Of a DNA stretch of 64,000 nt, positions 56,688-64,000 are shown one piece after another (the first letter of the stretch is position 1; every line of letters starts with the position of its first letter). The notes under the pieces are model-generated. The model saw nothing but the letters and a program-made list of their open reading frames with translations. It did no database searches and was not told where the DNA came from. Position numbers and translations under genes: made by a program. The stretch is from Escherichia coli (GTDB taxonomy: Bacteria; Pseudomonadota; Gammaproteobacteria; Enterobacterales; Enterobacteriaceae), in NCBI RefSeq assembly GCF_044647545.1, contig NZ_CP172818.1; one strand, written 5' to 3'.

Positions 56688-56823
56688 CTACTATTTAATA
56701 TGTACGTTCCATGCTGAAAAGCCCGTTTTCAGGATACTCAAATGGAAACGCACAGACATACAAAAGATTGGCTGGCTAATCTAGCCAGCTCAACCCAACT
56801 TTGCAAGAAAAATATGCGAAAAA

Positions 56824-58304
<1,481 letters not shown>

Positions 58305-58311
58305 CTGCTAC

Positions 58312-59445
<1,134 letters not shown>

Positions 59446-59450
59446 CTACC

Positions 59451-60758
<1,308 letters not shown>

Positions 60759-60785
60759 TTACTCCCGTGATTCAATTGGTGACAA

Positions 60786-61094
<309 letters not shown>

Positions 61095-61105
61095 GTAACC
61101 CTACC

Positions 61106-62368
<1,263 letters not shown>

Positions 62369-62460
62369 CTAATGTCAACTACTACTGAGACCCGAAAATC
62401 AGGTCGTTAAAAATCCCCATATCGAGGGCGCGGCATTATAACACCGCTTCAAGGATATGG

Positions 62461-62497
62461 GTAGAAAAAATAAACGGCTCATTTCTGAGCCGTTTAT
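62461..62497 (-). terminator. S10-operon terminator between rpsQ and the spc promoter region
   Basis: aaacggctca-tttc-tgagccgttt hairpin followed by a U-run on the reverse strand. Confidence 0.7.
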
Positions 62498-62520
62498 TCG
62501 TATCGAGAGAGTGTACTGTA

Positions 62521-64000
<1,480 letters not shown>

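Overview
This window matches the Escherichia coli K-12 chromosome at about 73-74 min, from yhcO/aaeBAX-aaeR through the mre cluster, accBC, fis, acrEF, yhdWXYZ and the complete rrnD operon to the alpha/spc/S10 ribosomal-protein operons. Gene order, lengths and the protein sequences I recognise are K-12-like, and I see no mobile element, prophage, CRISPR array or foreign gene cluster, so I do not find a novel biological system here. Four local anomalies stand out against that background. (1) A roughly 400 bp homopolymer-dominated, G-poor tract lies in the acuI-accB spacer. (2) The reading frame spanning it ends in an MsrQ-like C-terminus with in-frame stops. (3) yhdJ carries an in-frame TAG at 26232-26234. 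(4) rpmJ (ribosomal protein L36) carries a +1 frameshift at 56879-56881. Each is either a genuine strain lesion or an assembly error and needs read-level confirmation. Identifications rest on reading the six-frame translations and RNA sequences from memory of K-12; no database search was run.
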